Shown here piece after piece: positions 1 to 9,280 of a stretch of DNA of 64,000 bases (position 1 is the stretch's first letter; each line of letters opens with the position of its first letter). A program made the position numbers and the translations under genes. The stretch is taken from the IMG/VR virus record IMGVR_UViG_3300044641_005618; one strand, 5' to 3'. The notes beneath the pieces are model-generated. The model saw only the letters and a program-made list of their open reading frames with translations. It did no database searches and had not been told where the DNA came from. The DNA comes from a virus (lineage: Duplodnaviria; Caudoviricetes).

Positions 1-167
1 TCAGCCCCGCCACACCACCGAGAGTAGGAGTCTTCTGGGATCACATACTGGGGTCTTTTCTTAGCTTGGTCAAGGTACCTGTCTGAGGCAGGGTCTGTAA
101 TGAGACAACGAGTCCCGTGCAACTCCTGCATTATTGCAGTGTTTTTATCAGTTGGTGAAATAGCCAT
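1..167 (-). CDS. hypothetical protein, partial (runs off the window start)
   Basis: ATG at 167, open frame MAISPTDKNTAIMQELHGTRCLITDPASDRY... down to position 1; not in the ORF track. Confidence 0.55.
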   Translation of the reverse strand, partial: MAISPTDKNTAIMQELHGTRCLITDPASDRYLDQAKKRPQYVIPEDSYSRWCGGA

Positions 168-229
168 TTTAACTGTTGAGAAACAACAGCAACTTTTTGT
201 GCGGTTGCGAATCGCAATCTACACCGGAA

Positions 230-1651
230 TTAAACAGCAGGTGGAAGCAGTTCCATGAAACTAACCAAAATAGCATCCATTATATCTGAGTACGATCCAA
301 TGCACTCCCAACTTTTAAACAACACGTTGTGTATATCTGAGTTGGATGCTACTTTCCCCGACTTTACCATTAGATTGATCGCAAGTGCCTTAGCCACCAC
401 TCTCTCCTTGCTCACTCGAACAGGTAAACCTAGCTTCTCTAGGTACTGTCTCCAGTGCTTACTCGCCCAGGACGACTCGATAACAACTTCTGTCACGCCG
501 TATGCTTTGGCAGCCAGAGAAACAATTACGCCAACAGTCTCCAAGTCCCAATTCGCCTGGTACGCGTCGAGAACGTACACACAGTCCTTTTCCTTCGTGG
601 ATCCAGCCACACAAATCCCAGTCATATCCGCGTTGCCTGGCGAGCAAGAGGGGTCAATAGATATAATAACCTTGTCCAGGTGTGGGATCTCAGAGCAGAC
701 TCCGAACCCAGTGTTGGACACCCCTTTGTACAACCACGAGAACTTTACATCTCCGATTGTTTTCCGTAAGTCCTGTAGATTCTTCGGGCTAAATGTGGGG
801 TTTCGGAAGGAAAGAGCGTCATTGATACCCTGCCCAACTTTCCTACCTAGAATATCAACCTTGGCTTCTTCTTCGCTCTCAATGATGGCGGATAAGTTAA
901 TGTGAACGGCTCCGTTCGGGTTTGAGACTGGGTCAAAGACACCGTACTTTTCCAGAAAGTAGCTGAAAATATCCCCCTCACCTCTTCGAGACCCGAGAAC
1001 AACTGTGGCCCTATTCGCTACTCCCAGGGTTCCAATTTGCTCCACCCATTCACTATTAACACCATTACCCATATACTTATGGTAGTCATCGATCAACCAA
1101 ACTCCGGCCCCTCTGAATCCCCCGTAGGCGAGACCGCACACAGAACTCCCAGGAGCAGACGGCGAAACATGGTGCGGTTCCAACTGAACTTTCGAAAAAA
1201 TCCCTCCAGAGGAAGGAGTACTAATCAGTTCCTTCACCCTACTTGCTGCAAATCTGGATGCACTTTGGTCGTAAGAAGTTACGACATGACTAACAGTAGA
1301 GTCTTTCCTTAAGAGCCAGGACAATAAGTGAACCCCCAGAGTGGTTTTTCCTGATCGTGGTGGCATTGACACGAGGAGAATTGGGTACCTTCCTTCGGCG
1401 ATGTCCTCAAAGGCGGACCCTATCACTTCGTACGCTTTTGTATCGAGCGGTGCGTTTTCGAGTGCGAAACCTCCTGCACCGGACACAAGATCGCAGAAAG
1501 CAAGAAAGCTACTTTTCGCACTTTCCTTAGCGAACGCTTCTTGAGGTAACCCCTCAAGTTTCAGCTCAAGGAGTTTTCGTCGGTAGCTCCTCCAGCTTGA
1601 GTGCTCTGCTAGCTGAGAAGCGTGCGTTATTTTTTGGTGTTTAAGTGACAT
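230..1651 (-). CDS. divergent terminase large-subunit paralog
   Basis: Walker A MPPRSGKT, Walker B WLIDD, nuclease-like ISIDPS / VIES / DIMDA; N-terminus ITHASQL.E.S.WR.Y is collinear with the adjacent TerL. Confidence 0.8.
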   Translation of the reverse strand: MSLKHQKITHASQLAEHSSWRSYRRKLLELKLEGLPQEAFAKESAKSSFLAFCDLVSGAGGFALENAPLDTKAYEVIGSAFEDIAEGRYPILLVSMPPRSGKTTLGVHLLSWLLRKDSTVSHVVTSYDQSASRFAASRVKELISTPSSGGIFSKVQLEPHHVSPSAPGSSVCGLAYGGFRGAGVWLIDDYHKYMGNGVNSEWVEQIGTLGVANRATVVLGSRRGEGDIFSYFLEKYGVFDPVSNPNGAVHINLSAIIESEEEAKVDILGRKVGQGINDALSFRNPTFSPKNLQDLRKTIGDVKFSWLYKGVSNTGFGVCSEIPHLDKVIISIDPSCSPGNADMTGICVAGSTKEKDCVYVLDAYQANWDLETVGVIVSLAAKAYGVTEVVIESSWASKHWRQYLEKLGLPVRVSKERVVAKALAINLMVKSGKVASNSDIHNVLFKSWECIGSYSDIMDAILVSFMELLPPAV

Positions 1652-1684
1652 CTTGTGGTTGTGTTTGTGTTGTCTTGGATTGAG

Positions 1685-3448
1685 CTAATTAAAAAGGTCG
1701 TAGCCGGATCCGCTCCGAAGACCTCGGCTGCGGCCACCCCGGAAAATGCCCCTATCAAGTGTCTCGGCAGACTGGGGGTCAGGGTCGTTTAAGCCCGTAC
1801 TGCGGGGGACTCTTCGGCCCCCGACCGATACAATTCGCTCTTCGAAAAGCCCACCGTAGGATTGACCGTCTCTGAACATCGGTCTGCGTAGGTCACCAGC
1901 CCATTTTCGACTCTGAATGATCGAGTCTTGTATACCCCGATCCACAGAGTCAATTTTGAGCGAGTAGTAAGTCAGCGCCCATACCATGGCGTCAGTACTA
2001 TCGTCGTGGCGAACATACGGGAAAGAAGTTAGTTCCTTTACGAACGCGTCAGTCCATAGTCCTCGAACCAGTATAACGCGATGGTTTTCGAGTAAAGGGC
2101 AGACTGCCTGAAGACGTGTCGTCTTTGACTTCAGCGGCCTCATTTCCTCGATAGGTATCTTAGCCTCTCGCTTCAGCATTTGAATGAGAGAGTGCCCCGA
2201 TGCGGCTTTCTCAATGCATAATACCTTTGCGTTGTATAAGGCGTAATGTTGCTTTACCGAGTCAATCAAGTCAGGAAAGCCCCACTTACCCTTAACAATC
2301 TCACGAATGTAAACAGTATCTGGATTACGAGTGTTTATGCCCGCGACGCAGATTGCACTTTCATCTGCTTTCTCTCGCTCGGAGAAAGCGCAGTCAACTC
2401 CAAACCATACAACGTCCAGGGGAGGGCAGTCTTCCTCCTCAATTACCTTGACCCAGCTATTCTTTACAATCTGTCCCTCAGCCGATACAGGAACCCCTTG
2501 GTAAAGTGCTGCGAACTTAAAGCTACCCATTATCTTTTTCTGGGACTCAAGCATCGGAACAGAGAAAGCGGGGTTGTCGGGCCAGTGGCTTTCTCCCATC
2601 TCTCTTCCCAGCGGATCATTATCAGGGTCTTCACAGAGCCCTGCTATGTTTATCCACCTCCATCCAAAAGGATTATCTTCCGGGTCGTATAAACCATCTC
2701 CATCCATCAAGACCCCGTGAAGGTCTTTTTCATGAAAACGGGTTGCTATAATAACTTGAGCGTAGTGGTTTGTTCTTCGTGTGGACATTTGCTCTGCCCA
2801 CCAACTTTCTAAATTGTCCAGCGCTGCTTTAGAGTCAGAAGATTTCAATGGGTCGTCAATTAGTGCTGCACCAATACCCGTGGATTCCATGTCTATGGTT
2901 CCAGACGTGAACCCAGTGAGAATACCTCCAACGGATGTCGCAAGTACATAACCACCACCCACTAAATCATATTTCGAGTCACGGTTAAATCCTGAAAACT
3001 CAGGAAAGACCTTCCTAAACGAGGGAGTCTTCATCATTACGACAGCTTCTCTGTGAAACTTTTGAGATAAAGAAGCCCCGTAGGAAGCCAAGATGTGTTG
3101 GGTTCTTTCGTCTTTTCCGAGCAACCACGCCAGGAACATTGTGGAAAGCATAGACTTTCCTGAACGCGGGGGGCACGAAATAATAAGCCGATTGTATCGA
3201 CGTTCGTAAAGATCCTCAAAGGCACTTGCAATGATCTCGTGAAAGGGGGAAACGTTTAAGTCCCCATTTTTCATGATGTCACAAAAGGCCAGGAAACAAT
3301 CTCGGGCAGCCTTAAACCTGAACTCCTGAATTACAGATCGAGGTGCTTCAAGAAGTTCAAGCTCTCGAATACCCTTCGTATATTTTCTCCACCGGGATTT
3401 TTCCTCTAGCTGAGAAGCGTGTGTTATAGACGGGGGGCGAAAGTTCAT
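1685..3448 (-). CDS. terL: terminase large subunit
   Basis: CPPRSGKS Walker A, LIDDP Walker B, ATRFH coupling motif, RNase H-like GVDCA...DESA...IEKAASG...HDDSTDA. Confidence 0.93.
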   Translation of the reverse strand: MNFRPPSITHASQLEEKSRWRKYTKGIRELELLEAPRSVIQEFRFKAARDCFLAFCDIMKNGDLNVSPFHEIIASAFEDLYERRYNRLIISCPPRSGKSMLSTMFLAWLLGKDERTQHILASYGASLSQKFHREAVVMMKTPSFRKVFPEFSGFNRDSKYDLVGGGYVLATSVGGILTGFTSGTIDMESTGIGAALIDDPLKSSDSKAALDNLESWWAEQMSTRRTNHYAQVIIATRFHEKDLHGVLMDGDGLYDPEDNPFGWRWINIAGLCEDPDNDPLGREMGESHWPDNPAFSVPMLESQKKIMGSFKFAALYQGVPVSAEGQIVKNSWVKVIEEEDCPPLDVVWFGVDCAFSEREKADESAICVAGINTRNPDTVYIREIVKGKWGFPDLIDSVKQHYALYNAKVLCIEKAASGHSLIQMLKREAKIPIEEMRPLKSKTTRLQAVCPLLENHRVILVRGLWTDAFVKELTSFPYVRHDDSTDAMVWALTYYSLKIDSVDRGIQDSIIQSRKWAGDLRRPMFRDGQSYGGLFEERIVSVGGRRVPRSTGLNDPDPQSAETLDRGIFRGGRSRGLRSGSGYDLFN

Positions 3449-3477
3449 ATTACACTGTTATACGTTTTACGGGTCTC

Positions 3478-3777
3478 TCACTCAATACTTTTTAGCAACT
3501 TCGTAAGTGTCCCGTTATATTCTTTCGCCAGGATCTGCTCCTGTTTGCTCTCCGAATCGGTCAGACTCACAATATCCGACACAATCTCGCGGTGTGCTTT
3601 CACAGCCGAGTTGAACACGGTCACAAGATCCCGAGTACTACACTCCTCCAAGTGGTCTTGAAGCAGCTCAAGAGCGTCTTCAGCAACCTGCAATGCTGCT
3701 GCGGCAAGGGTCTCTTTCTGCCTCAGAATTTTGTCGTTCGAATTTGTTATCATAGTGTTTTTCTGCATCGTGAGCAC
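3478..3777 (-). CDS. small helical protein, possible terminase small subunit
   Basis: 99-aa helical ORF directly upstream of terL; the assignment is from position only. Confidence 0.4.
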   Translation of the reverse strand: MLTMQKNTMITNSNDKILRQKETLAAAALQVAEDALELLQDHLEECSTRDLVTVFNSAVKAHREIVSDIVSLTDSESKQEQILAKEYNGTLTKLLKSIE

Positions 3778-3902
3778 CCTGTATTTGAAGTTGGGTAACT
3801 CTTGAAGTTTTGCAATTGTTTAAGGATCGCCTGTGCCAAGGCTGTATTGTTGGACTTAACGGCAACGTCATACTGTGCCCAGAGCTGTGCGGGAGTTGCC
3901 AT
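3750..3902 (-). CDS. hypothetical protein (50 aa)
   Basis: ATG at 3902 (MATPAQLWAQ...) tiles between neighbours; the ORF-track start overlaps the upstream gene. Confidence 0.5.
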   Translation of the reverse strand: MATPAQLWAQYDVAVKSNNTALAQAILKQLQNFKSYPTSNTGCSRCRKTL

Positions 3903-3904
3903 AC

Positions 3905-5128
3905 TTAACAGAGACTCGGAGGATTTGGTCCGCCTTCGCAAGGAATACAGCCGAGCTTCCACAAGGAATTAATCGACGCAAGCTCGAAGGAATCTTGTAT
4001 CAACCAACCTTTACCCTGCGGAGACTGGGCTACAAAGTAGAACCGTCCCTGCGGTGTTTGAATAAACGTGTCTGGCTTCACACCGACGAGTGCTCCGCCC
4101 ATCAAAGTTTGCAACTTGCCATTCGGGTCCAGAGGATCCGAGTACAAGGTTTGATTCGCCCCCCTTACAACTGCGAACTCCCCGAAAGTGAGTCCCGAAG
4201 ACCAAGACGCATCTTTCACACTTAGAGGGTCTATCCCCCCCTTAGTCGCACCGGAAACCGTGTTCCTCCAAAGATCCACAGCGTAACGAGCAAGCTTTTT
4301 CCCGGAGTTAACGTAGAAAACTTCCTTTATGGGCTGCTTTGTTGTGGCGTTCCAAATTGTTACAACCAAGCGACCGTCCGCCGTGAAATTCTTATTACTT
4401 AGCAAGTAGATCGGCTGATTTAAAGGATCTTCGAGGAATACTTCACTCGGGCTGCGAACATAGACCCAATCTCCTGACTGCGTAAGTTCTTCGCTCCACT
4501 GCACTCCGAGTGCGTCTGTGAACGCAGCCTCCAGGGGATTCGTTTCAGGGTACCACGGCACATACACACTCCCCGTTGCTTCATCGAGGACACCAGCCAA
4601 AGGCAAAGAAGTTAGGACATTTAGAGTGGGAAAAATTTGGCGGCAATCACCACGTTGAACACAGGGGTCGAGTGCGATATACGGCAGGGTTTCCTCGATA
4701 GTTACGGACCAGTTTTGAGTGTAGGTGTACTGGGACTCCGGGCTTAAGCCTGTGAACTGGGACGTAGAGCATCGAAAAGGTTCCAAAACTTGCACGTAAG
4801 CACCCGAAGGGGCACTCCCCGACAGTGTGATTTTTGCGCCCATGAGGAGTTGCGTGGCAAAGTCGTGTCCGGAACTCGTCAGGTAGTTTTGGCACGAAAA
4901 GTTAAGCTCGAAATTGAGAGTGTCTTCGTATATGAAAGGCACTCGGTTTTTAACATTGCTTGTTGAGCTTTCGTAGCGCACAACAATGTTGTTCGTCTGA
5001 GTTACAACGCCCTCATTCTCAACCGCGTCAGCCAAACGCAATACATTAACCCCAATTGGTATGAGGGGGGAGGCAATAAGAGAGTCGCAGAGGAATTGCT
5101 CTATTTTAGTTATTGTATTCAGTTCCAT
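3905..5128 (-). CDS. virion protein, N-terminal region resembling tail terminator/completion proteins (Mu gp37-like) with a C-terminal extension
   Basis: N-terminal alpha/beta region (IEQFLCDSL...IVVRYESS...LNFELNF...LLMGAKITLSG); directly downstream of the gp36-like gene. Confidence 0.5.
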   Translation of the reverse strand: MELNTITKIEQFLCDSLIASPLIPIGVNVLRLADAVENEGVVTQTNNIVVRYESSTSNVKNRVPFIYEDTLNFELNFSCQNYLTSSGHDFATQLLMGAKITLSGSAPSGAYVQVLEPFRCSTSQFTGLSPESQYTYTQNWSVTIEETLPYIALDPCVQRGDCRQIFPTLNVLTSLPLAGVLDEATGSVYVPWYPETNPLEAAFTDALGVQWSEELTQSGDWVYVRSPSEVFLEDPLNQPIYLLSNKNFTADGRLVVTIWNATTKQPIKEVFYVNSGKKLARYAVDLWRNTVSGATKGGIDPLSVKDASWSSGLTFGEFAVVRGANQTLYSDPLDPNGKLQTLMGGALVGVKPDTFIQTPQGRFYFVAQSPQGKGWLIQDSFELASINSLWKLGCIPCEGGPNPPSLC

Positions 5129-5140
5129 TTAGGTTAGGAC

Positions 5141-6220
5141 TTAAGGGTAGATCGTATCAGAGCCGTTAACGCGATAGCCGCCTGCGTCGTTCGGCTCTGT
5201 AATTTGTGGAGTCCCACCTAAGTCTTCGTAGTTTCGTGCTGAGATCCAGTTAGTTTCAGAGTTGTTTTGCCCCGTTGCCCCGAAACCAGCACGAAAGTCC
5301 GGAGCCTGGTCTCCCGCCATGTCCGTGTTCCATCCGCCGAAACCTTTACCTGAAACTCCGTTGTACCGTTGGGGGACGCGCCAAGAACGCATGATCCCAG
5401 CTTTCGTATCTATAGCTGAGTCACCGTGGCCCGCACGAACCGAAGTCATTTCTCGTTCAGCGTCGAGTTGTTTTAGTGCTTCGGTGTAATCCTTGAAAAC
5501 ATCTTCTCTTCGCCGGACATTATCTAGGTAGTATCGGGCTATAATCAGTGCCGTTCGGCGGCGGTTGCTCGTAATTAGGACCTTTCCCGCTTTCCCTGAC
5601 TGCTCAATGTATGAGTCTATGAGAGCGTTTGCATCCTCGATTGCCATTCGCATCTTGGCAACATTCACCGAGTTTGCACTCGCGTCGTCAATGTTTGTAA
5701 GTTGTACGGCTTCCTTGAGTCCGTAAGCGATAATGAAATCGTCGGGAGACGCGCTACGCGGGTCGGACCTGTTTGGCGTTAAAACACCTGAGCGATCTTG
5801 ATGCGGATAGCCGTAACCGCCAATAGTCTGCCCAAGGTTGGAACCCTTGCGAGAGCTTTCCGTTTGTTCGCTCGGTGTGAGCGTGTTTCGGACCGAAACT
5901 CGGTAAAAGCCTCGTACTGCGTTTCTTTTCTTTACAACATCACTAGCTGTGGAGGGGACTAGCCCCCTCATGCAGGACGCTAAGGCGACGGGGGGCTCAT
6001 AGGAAACAAATACCTCGTCCCACGCAGACAAGCAGCTGTCTAGCCCAAGGGATACCATTGTGTCCGAGGAGTACACAAGTGTCTCGACACCGTACTGGCC
6101 GTAGTTCACAGTGAAGGAACTTATGGGGACACTGACCCGAGTGTCAAGTGGGCTATCGAAGTACAGAACAACTGTACTCGGCGCTGAAAGTATGGCCTCC
6201 TTTATCTGCGGTACTGACAT
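5141..6220 (-). CDS. head-tail connector (DUF1320 / Mu gp36-like) with N-terminal SwmB-like domain
   Basis: AIEDANALIDSYI...IARYYLD...YTEALKQL gp36 pattern; N-terminal VVLYFDSPLD...SSFTV...VSLGL...VFVSYEPP resembles a SwmB repeat. Confidence 0.7.
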   Translation of the reverse strand: MSVPQIKEAILSAPSTVVLYFDSPLDTRVSVPISSFTVNYGQYGVETLVYSSDTMVSLGLDSCLSAWDEVFVSYEPPVALASCMRGLVPSTASDVVKKRNAVRGFYRVSVRNTLTPSEQTESSRKGSNLGQTIGGYGYPHQDRSGVLTPNRSDPRSASPDDFIIAYGLKEAVQLTNIDDASANSVNVAKMRMAIEDANALIDSYIEQSGKAGKVLITSNRRRTALIIARYYLDNVRRREDVFKDYTEALKQLDAEREMTSVRAGHGDSAIDTKAGIMRSWRVPQRYNGVSGKGFGGWNTDMAGDQAPDFRAGFGATGQNNSETNWISARNYEDLGGTPQITEPNDAGGYRVNGSDTIYP

Positions 6221-6242
6221 TCGGCTCTTTCCTTGTACAAGG

Positions 6243-6250
6243 TTTTACCC
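6243..6250 (-). promoter_or_regulatory. putative late-promoter motif GGGTAAAA(CC); representative copy
   Basis: plus-strand TTTTACCC also at 6949, 9272, 15967, 20517, 23893, 25421, 29840, 31813 and 37646, each just upstream of a minus-strand gene start. Confidence 0.6.
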
Positions 6251-6288
6251 TGCTGCCCAAGGAAAGTCGGAGCCCCACGAAAGCTACC

Positions 6289-6936
6289 TCACATCAGTTT
6301 GTCCCTGCCCATTGACATTTTGTAAGGTTTGCTGCCATGCCTTGTATCTCCCCCATCTAAGCGTATACTATTTCCGGACCGTGTCGCCGACCAATGGGTG
6401 CCACTTTCGTCCTCAAATTTGAACCTTTCCCCCTCCTTTAACTTTCCAAGGGCAGTTTGGTGCTCGGGGTGTAGAACAGCCTTGAACTCAGACCCCTTAC
6501 TGACCACTACCCTGTCACCCTGCTTTCTTACGGAAGTATCCGGACCTTTGGCTGCGAGTCTTTTGAGAGTGGCTTGGGCAGCCATGTCTCTTTCTACCTT
6601 GGTTCGCCTGGCGGGAGAAGTCGCCTTTACCGGTTTGGCTTCTTCAGTTCCTTTTCTGCACTGCCCCGCTGTTCCGTACGCTTCACCGGACGGTTTCACG
6701 CAGCGAGTGAATTCGTACGAATCAAGTAAAGTGTTCACAGCTTCTTCAATGAATGGGTATTTGTTCCCGTAATTTTCAGAGAAGGACAAACCTTCGGATG
6801 CTAACGCATCCGCTTCATTGCGGAGTTCTAAAGCTTCGCCTAAGTTACCTTTCAGTGCTTCTGAGAGGGCTTCGAGGTAACAGTGGTCGAGTTTGTTCAT
6901 GTCTGATGTTGTGAAAATTTCAGGGAGTGTTTTCAC
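6289..6936 (-). CDS. hypothetical protein
   Basis: 215-aa ORF tiling the minus strand, preceded by the GGGTAAAA motif. Confidence 0.6.
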   Translation of the reverse strand: MKTLPEIFTTSDMNKLDHCYLEALSEALKGNLGEALELRNEADALASEGLSFSENYGNKYPFIEEAVNTLLDSYEFTRCVKPSGEAYGTAGQCRKGTEEAKPVKATSPARRTKVERDMAAQATLKRLAAKGPDTSVRKQGDRVVVSKGSEFKAVLHPEHQTALGKLKEGERFKFEDESGTHWSATRSGNSIRLDGGDTRHGSKPYKMSMGRDKLM

Positions 6937-6978
6937 CCCTATCTTTTATTTTACCCTTTGCGGACCTGGTCTAGGTAG

Positions 6979-7389
6979 TCAACGCAGCAGGAAGTCTTTC
7001 GGGTCGTTTGACACGGGAGAGAGATTCTCGGACACCCAAAACGAGTAGATATCCTTGTGAGCTCGCACCGAGTACCCTTGGGCGGGGGAGTAGAGACAAT
7101 TTATAAGGAATTGAAAGGCCAGTCGAAGGGGCCACTCGTCTCTCCAGTTGACTTCCCAATTGTCTATCGTGAGCAACTTACCGCTCACTGTGTAGTCTAC
7201 TCGGGATGCTATGCTCCCTCCCCTTAAACCTGGTGAGGGGTAATCGAAAGTTTGAGCAACGGACTCGTAGGGCTCCCCATCATACTTTCCTAGGACATAC
7301 CGCAGCTCACTTGCCCCGTCCTGAAAGTACAAGAAGTCCTGAAAGATAAATTCCCCTTGGCGATAGACCGATGGGCGACGTACTGCCAT
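6979..7389 (-). CDS. hypothetical protein
   Basis: 136-aa ORF whose start overlaps the stop of the upstream gene. Confidence 0.65.
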   Translation of the reverse strand: MAVRRPSVYRQGEFIFQDFLYFQDGASELRYVLGKYDGEPYESVAQTFDYPSPGLRGGSIASRVDYTVSGKLLTIDNWEVNWRDEWPLRLAFQFLINCLYSPAQGYSVRAHKDIYSFWVSENLSPVSNDPKDFLLR

Positions 7390-7760
7390 TAGACTCTCAC
7401 CAGTGCGTGGAAAGTTCCGTTCCTAGCGACAATAACCCGGTCTCGGTACTCTTTTCCGTCCACAATGAGCCGATCCGTGTTGGTTATTGCTTCGACTCTC
7501 AGGTCCTGTTCGCAAGTCACCGGCTCAAGAAAAGTTGTGGGCACCGCAACAAAGAATCTTTTCTGGCTCAAAAAACTCTTTCCAATCGAAAAGGAAACGT
7601 GCGCATTCACGGAGTTAGCAGCGTAAATTGAGTCGTATACACAGAGGTTCTCAACTACTCCGAGAGATTTGTAGAACACTGGTGCCAATGGGTTTGTAGC
7701 ACTCTGGCCGAACCCCGGAGAGTTGACAAAGCCTGGGTCGTAATCCTCGGTGAACGTCAT
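7389..7760 (-). CDS. hypothetical protein (probably baseplate-associated)
   Basis: 123-aa ORF coupled by ATGA overlap to the baseplate spike gene. Confidence 0.65.
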   Translation of the reverse strand: MTFTEDYDPGFVNSPGFGQSATNPLAPVFYKSLGVVENLCVYDSIYAANSVNAHVSFSIGKSFLSQKRFFVAVPTTFLEPVTCEQDLRVEAITNTDRLIVDGKEYRDRVIVARNGTFHALVRV

Positions 7761-8953
7761 TTGAAGGGGTTGGGTAAGGAAGGTAGCTTAGAGAAAACAG
7801 TTTTTATTGTTGCCGCAGGGTTCTGAAGCGTCGAGATGACAAACTTGGTGGCACCCGGAACATAGGAAGGCAGCGACTTCTCTGCCGCATTTTTCACAAA
7901 GTCGGTGGGGTCTGCTATGACTTTTCTAAGAACTTCTGAGAAGTTTAGAACTTTTTGTGCTTGCTGAATCGCTGTCTTCGTAAAATTCGACCCTGGGACA
8001 CTCTCGACTGCGGCGAGAATGTCAGGGTTGTAGGTGGTTATGAACGACCCGGTAATATTATCGATAAACCCAGAATTTCGTGCAAAGCTAAGGGCAGTGT
8101 CTTGGCTGAACAAAGGCCCTTCCACAAACTTGAAAGCTTGTATCGTGCTCATCGGGGGCGGTGCCCACGCTGCAGCAGACCCCCAAGGATTACCGGCAGG
8201 GGCAGTAGAGTACCCGGTTCGCCCCTCTTTTTTCATTTCCTGATGACTTGTAACAAAAACGTGGTCGTATGTTGCAGCCATTTGTCCAGGGCTGAGACGA
8301 TTTCCAGCAGAGTCAACCTGCGATGTAACATCGTTTCCGCCTGCGTGCCCGTGCGCCAAATCTGCGTGCCTTACCCATATGTACTGTCCGTCTCTCTTCA
8401 GACAAATACACACCCAATCTGAGTTCATTGGACCATTTTCTTCAACAACAGTGCAGCCGTGGTTCTCCTTGCACGCCGGGGGCAGACCGCCAGCTTCGTA
8501 TATCGGCAGCCGAGTCATTGTGCTGTTGCTCGGAATCTGTAGAGCTTGCTGAGAGCCGTCGGTCAAATTCTGAGGGTCGTACAGCACGTCTTGCAAAACT
8601 GCATAGTGGTACTCCCCGTTGCTCAAAGAAATATTCACTCTCTTTCCTTCGAGTGTCTTCGGCTGCTTTCCCTTAAATGCTGGGGAAACATCAAGCCAGT
8701 GTGACAAGTTGCTCGACTCTCCTGGCCTTGGTAAAGAAAATTCCCCTGCACCTTCGACTGACGGAATATCCTGAGGGTTCATGGCGTCGAACAGCACCTT
8801 GACTCTTCCCAAGTCTTCAGGGTCCTCAACACTAATTATCGTTCCACGAACAGTTCCCCTGGGTGACCCGGCGTACCTCGCGTTGGCTTCGATGGCTTTC
8901 GCCATCTCGACCTGTTGTCGAATCCATGGAATGTTTCTCAGGCTTTGGGCCAT
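7757..8953 (-). CDS. baseplate spike/hub protein (gpV/gp5 OB-fold type)
   Basis: RGTIISVEDPEDLGRVKVLF is the typical start of the gpV/gp5 OB-fold. Confidence 0.7.
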   Translation of the reverse strand: MAQSLRNIPWIRQQVEMAKAIEANARYAGSPRGTVRGTIISVEDPEDLGRVKVLFDAMNPQDIPSVEGAGEFSLPRPGESSNLSHWLDVSPAFKGKQPKTLEGKRVNISLSNGEYHYAVLQDVLYDPQNLTDGSQQALQIPSNSTMTRLPIYEAGGLPPACKENHGCTVVEENGPMNSDWVCICLKRDGQYIWVRHADLAHGHAGGNDVTSQVDSAGNRLSPGQMAATYDHVFVTSHQEMKKEGRTGYSTAPAGNPWGSAAAWAPPPMSTIQAFKFVEGPLFSQDTALSFARNSGFIDNITGSFITTYNPDILAAVESVPGSNFTKTAIQQAQKVLNFSEVLRKVIADPTDFVKNAAEKSLPSYVPGATKFVISTLQNPAATIKTVFSKLPSLPNPFK

Positions 8954-8956
8954 AGT

Positions 8957-9250
8957 TTACCGTATCTTGAGGGAAAACTTCGGAGTGTTTTTTGACGGTA
9001 GTCGCTTAGCGAGTGCGGGTGGTCGTAGTGCCGCCTCCGCTTCTTTCACAGGGGGCACCTCAGAGCTTGCCTCAGGGTGAGGTTCCTGGCTAACTCCCTC
9101 CTCCCCGGAGACCCCAATCGGGTCGGTCTCACCGACTAGGCCAGTTGGCCCCGTCACCTCTTCAACAATTGGGTCAGATGAGGTTGTGTCTTCTGTGTGG
9201 GGCAGGGTCAGTTTTTCTGTGTCGGGAGTACTTTTTCTTCGTGTGGTCAT
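8957..9250 (-). CDS. hypothetical acidic/proline-rich protein
   Basis: 97-aa ORF tiling the minus strand, preceded by GGGTAAAA. Confidence 0.55.
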   Translation of the reverse strand: MTTRRKSTPDTEKLTLPHTEDTTSSDPIVEEVTGPTGLVGETDPIGVSGEEGVSQEPHPEASSEVPPVKEAEAALRPPALAKRLPSKNTPKFSLKIR

Positions 9251-9280
9251 TTCAGTGAGGTAGCTAAGAGTTTTTACCCG

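Noticed and set aside
255-905. Long plus-strand ORFs (also 26126-26800, 37718-38338 and similar)
   Set aside because: Antisense shadows of well-supported minus-strand genes, with no recognisable motifs.
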